DNA of 63,923 nucleotides, filler included, from Basidiobolus ranarum (lineage: Eukaryota): the NCBI GenBank assembly GCA_040143965.1. It is 4 parts of 4 records of this genome, joined end to end, with 100 filler letters (N's around TTAATTAATTAA, not from the genome) between each part and the next. Parts side by side here need not be neighbours in the genome. Positions count along the whole stretch, not along the records: positions 48,298 to 63,923 come from JASJQH010007246.1; 3 more parts are not named here. The stretch is one strand, 5' to 3'. The notes below the pieces were generated by a model that was not told where the DNA came from, ran no database searches, and worked only from the letters and a program-made list of their open reading frames with translations. Shown piece by piece: positions 62,146 through 63,923 of the stretch. The position numbers and the translations under genes are program-made. Within the stretch, counting starts at the first letter, position 1. Each line of letters opens with the position of its first letter.

Positions 62146-63678
62146 AGCATAATCTACACACAGTAACAAGCTTAATTCTAATATCTTAGTAAAAGCTGAT
62201 TGCTGCTTTTGCATATAATGTTCAATGATAATATTACTATGTAGGCTTATTGAGTGAATTGTCGTTTGTTGCATAACCTAATTGAAGCCCAAGTAGCAGC
62301 TTTTGTTATTTTAGTAGTGCTCCTCCTGATGATTTCCAGATATTCATATTGATTGAATTTTGTAAATATGTTGTAAGCCTAACTAATGCTTGTACTGATA
62401 TTATAGCTAGAAGATTGGTGAAACTTCATTAAAGATATTTGCAAGTATAAGACTAATGAATATTCTCCTATACCTATAAATACGTAAGCTGTATCAGAGT
62501 CCATGAGTTAGCATTTGGTTATATATAAGAAAAATTACAAATGTAATTTCCTTCTTGCCTCGCAAGCCAAATAATCATGTTGGTTTACAAGCTGAAGAGA
62601 GCATCTATATATCCAAGATTCAGATGAGTAGGCTATATAGAAGCTTATTTTTGAATTCATTGCAAGCTTGATTACCATCAACACACCTTTTAAAATACTA
62701 TATATATCCCAAGTGTAACAAAAACAGGCCAAAACATAATTCACCGGCCATGTGTGCTTATTTATCGATTTATTACCTTATACAAAGAGAGGGCTGGCAA
62801 AACATATTACCCCAAAGCCCATATCATAACAAAGGGAGTTCCAGAAGCTTTGTGAGCAATGAGAAGACTTGTTACTGTATATACACAAGCAATTTCAAAA
62901 CGCAGCACTCTATCATAGATCTAGCCATGTTTTGGCATCATATGTACCCACCTACACTAATAGAAAGAGTCAACAAGTAACTCATTAATGTGAGACCAAA
63001 ACTAATTCACTAATAGTGCTGAATATAAATTTAAATAGAGCCATCAGAAGAGTGGTGGATTTACTTTCTCAACATCACAGATAATTAGTGGGCCATCGAT
63101 AAGTATCAAGTTGAATCATGAAGCCAATGTAGATTCAACCAGTAGCACATTATCTTTACAGATATTGTGGATGAAACTTTGTTACTTTTCCTAGTCATTT
63201 TCTTTCTAAATATGAAAGAAATCCGAAGCTAAAACTCTAATGTAAAGTCCCCTTATCAAATATTTGCCGATTAAATTTAAATCTCTTTCAGTAAATAAGA
63301 ATACATGTTGGTTACTCAAAAAATCAATTTCGAAATTTGTTTATAAAACTTGTAAAATCAGTTCACTTTCTTGGTATGAAAACGTTATCATTAGCTAACC
63401 CTAAGACTACTACTTCTGAAACGTGGCGTTAGAATGTCATGATTCGTACAGCGTAGCTTAGAAGAAGACTCTACTTCTGGCTCTGACATGTGTAATCTAG
63501 ATTATTAAATTGAATCGGATTTAGATTCAAAGGTATCAACCAGATTTCTTGTTTACAGTGACTACTTGATGGAGAGAACTAGTCTCAGGTGATAACTTAA
63601 AAAGACACTGAAAAGTACTCAATTTCATTTCAATGGGAATTTATTCATTCAATATCTGCACAGCGGATAGTTCTATAT

Positions 63679-63923
63679 TTAAATTCTTGGTAACCAGACC
63701 TTTAATCTACTGATGCCAGAGGAATGATACACCACTGCCGGTGTTGAAGTTGCCATAGGAAGTGGTGTAGACTCCACCTTGTCCATTGAACTCGTAGTTC
63801 CAGTTACTGGTGTACACGCTACCGTCATTGTTGATACTCTCAACAACGGCAACATGGCCAGTAGAGCCACAACCCTGGTAGCCTGGTTGAATGACGATGA
63901 TGGAGGGAACACGAGGTTGACTC
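63679..63923 (-). CDS. Possible 3' end of a Ser/Thr/Pro-rich protein entering from beyond the window
   Basis: Higher-GC open frame to the window edge, followed by AT-rich sequence. No family recognised. Confidence 0.3.
   Translation of the reverse strand, partial: VNLVFPPSSSFNQATRVVALLAMLPLLRVSTMTVACTPVTGTTSSMDKVESTPLPMATSTPAVVYHSSGISRLKVWLPRI

Overview
Eukaryotic, AT-rich, intron-dense genomic DNA from an early-diverging fungus (the gene set and intron style suggest Zoopagomycota/Mucoromycota, e.g. Basidiobolus-like; this is inference). The window is four pieces (1-16032, 16133-32126, 32227-48197, 48298-63923) joined by identical 100-nt N/TTAATTAATTAA/N spacers, so adjacency across spacers is probably not real. 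About 22 protein-coding genes can be reconstructed by hand, several of them invisible in the ORF track. They include a ~26-exon MCMDC2-like pseudo-ATPase MCM gene, a 1650-aa single-exon coiled-coil protein, CDC6, an RNF4/Slx8-like STUbL, a CinA/FPY1-like protein, an Elongin-A-box LRR protein, FMO, thioredoxin, an alpha-arrestin, COG8, NSE2/MMS21, a RhoGAP, two tandem MPV17/SYM1 genes, a LAMMER kinase, NUP42/AMO1 (truncated), a Pcl-type cyclin, an ECM4-type GST, DDB1, a NUUM-like complex I subunit, TAF11 and a single-pass membrane protein. A ~340-bp Ty1/copia LTR family occurs in 7 full or partial copies, alongside decayed Ty3/gypsy relics. The best leads are the MCMDC2-like meiotic gene, a probable U12-type intron in DDB1, an LRRC41-like receptor, a CDC6 lacking its N-terminal regulatory region, and near-total CpG loss over a transposon relic. 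All protein-family calls are by eye against remembered motifs; no searches were run.
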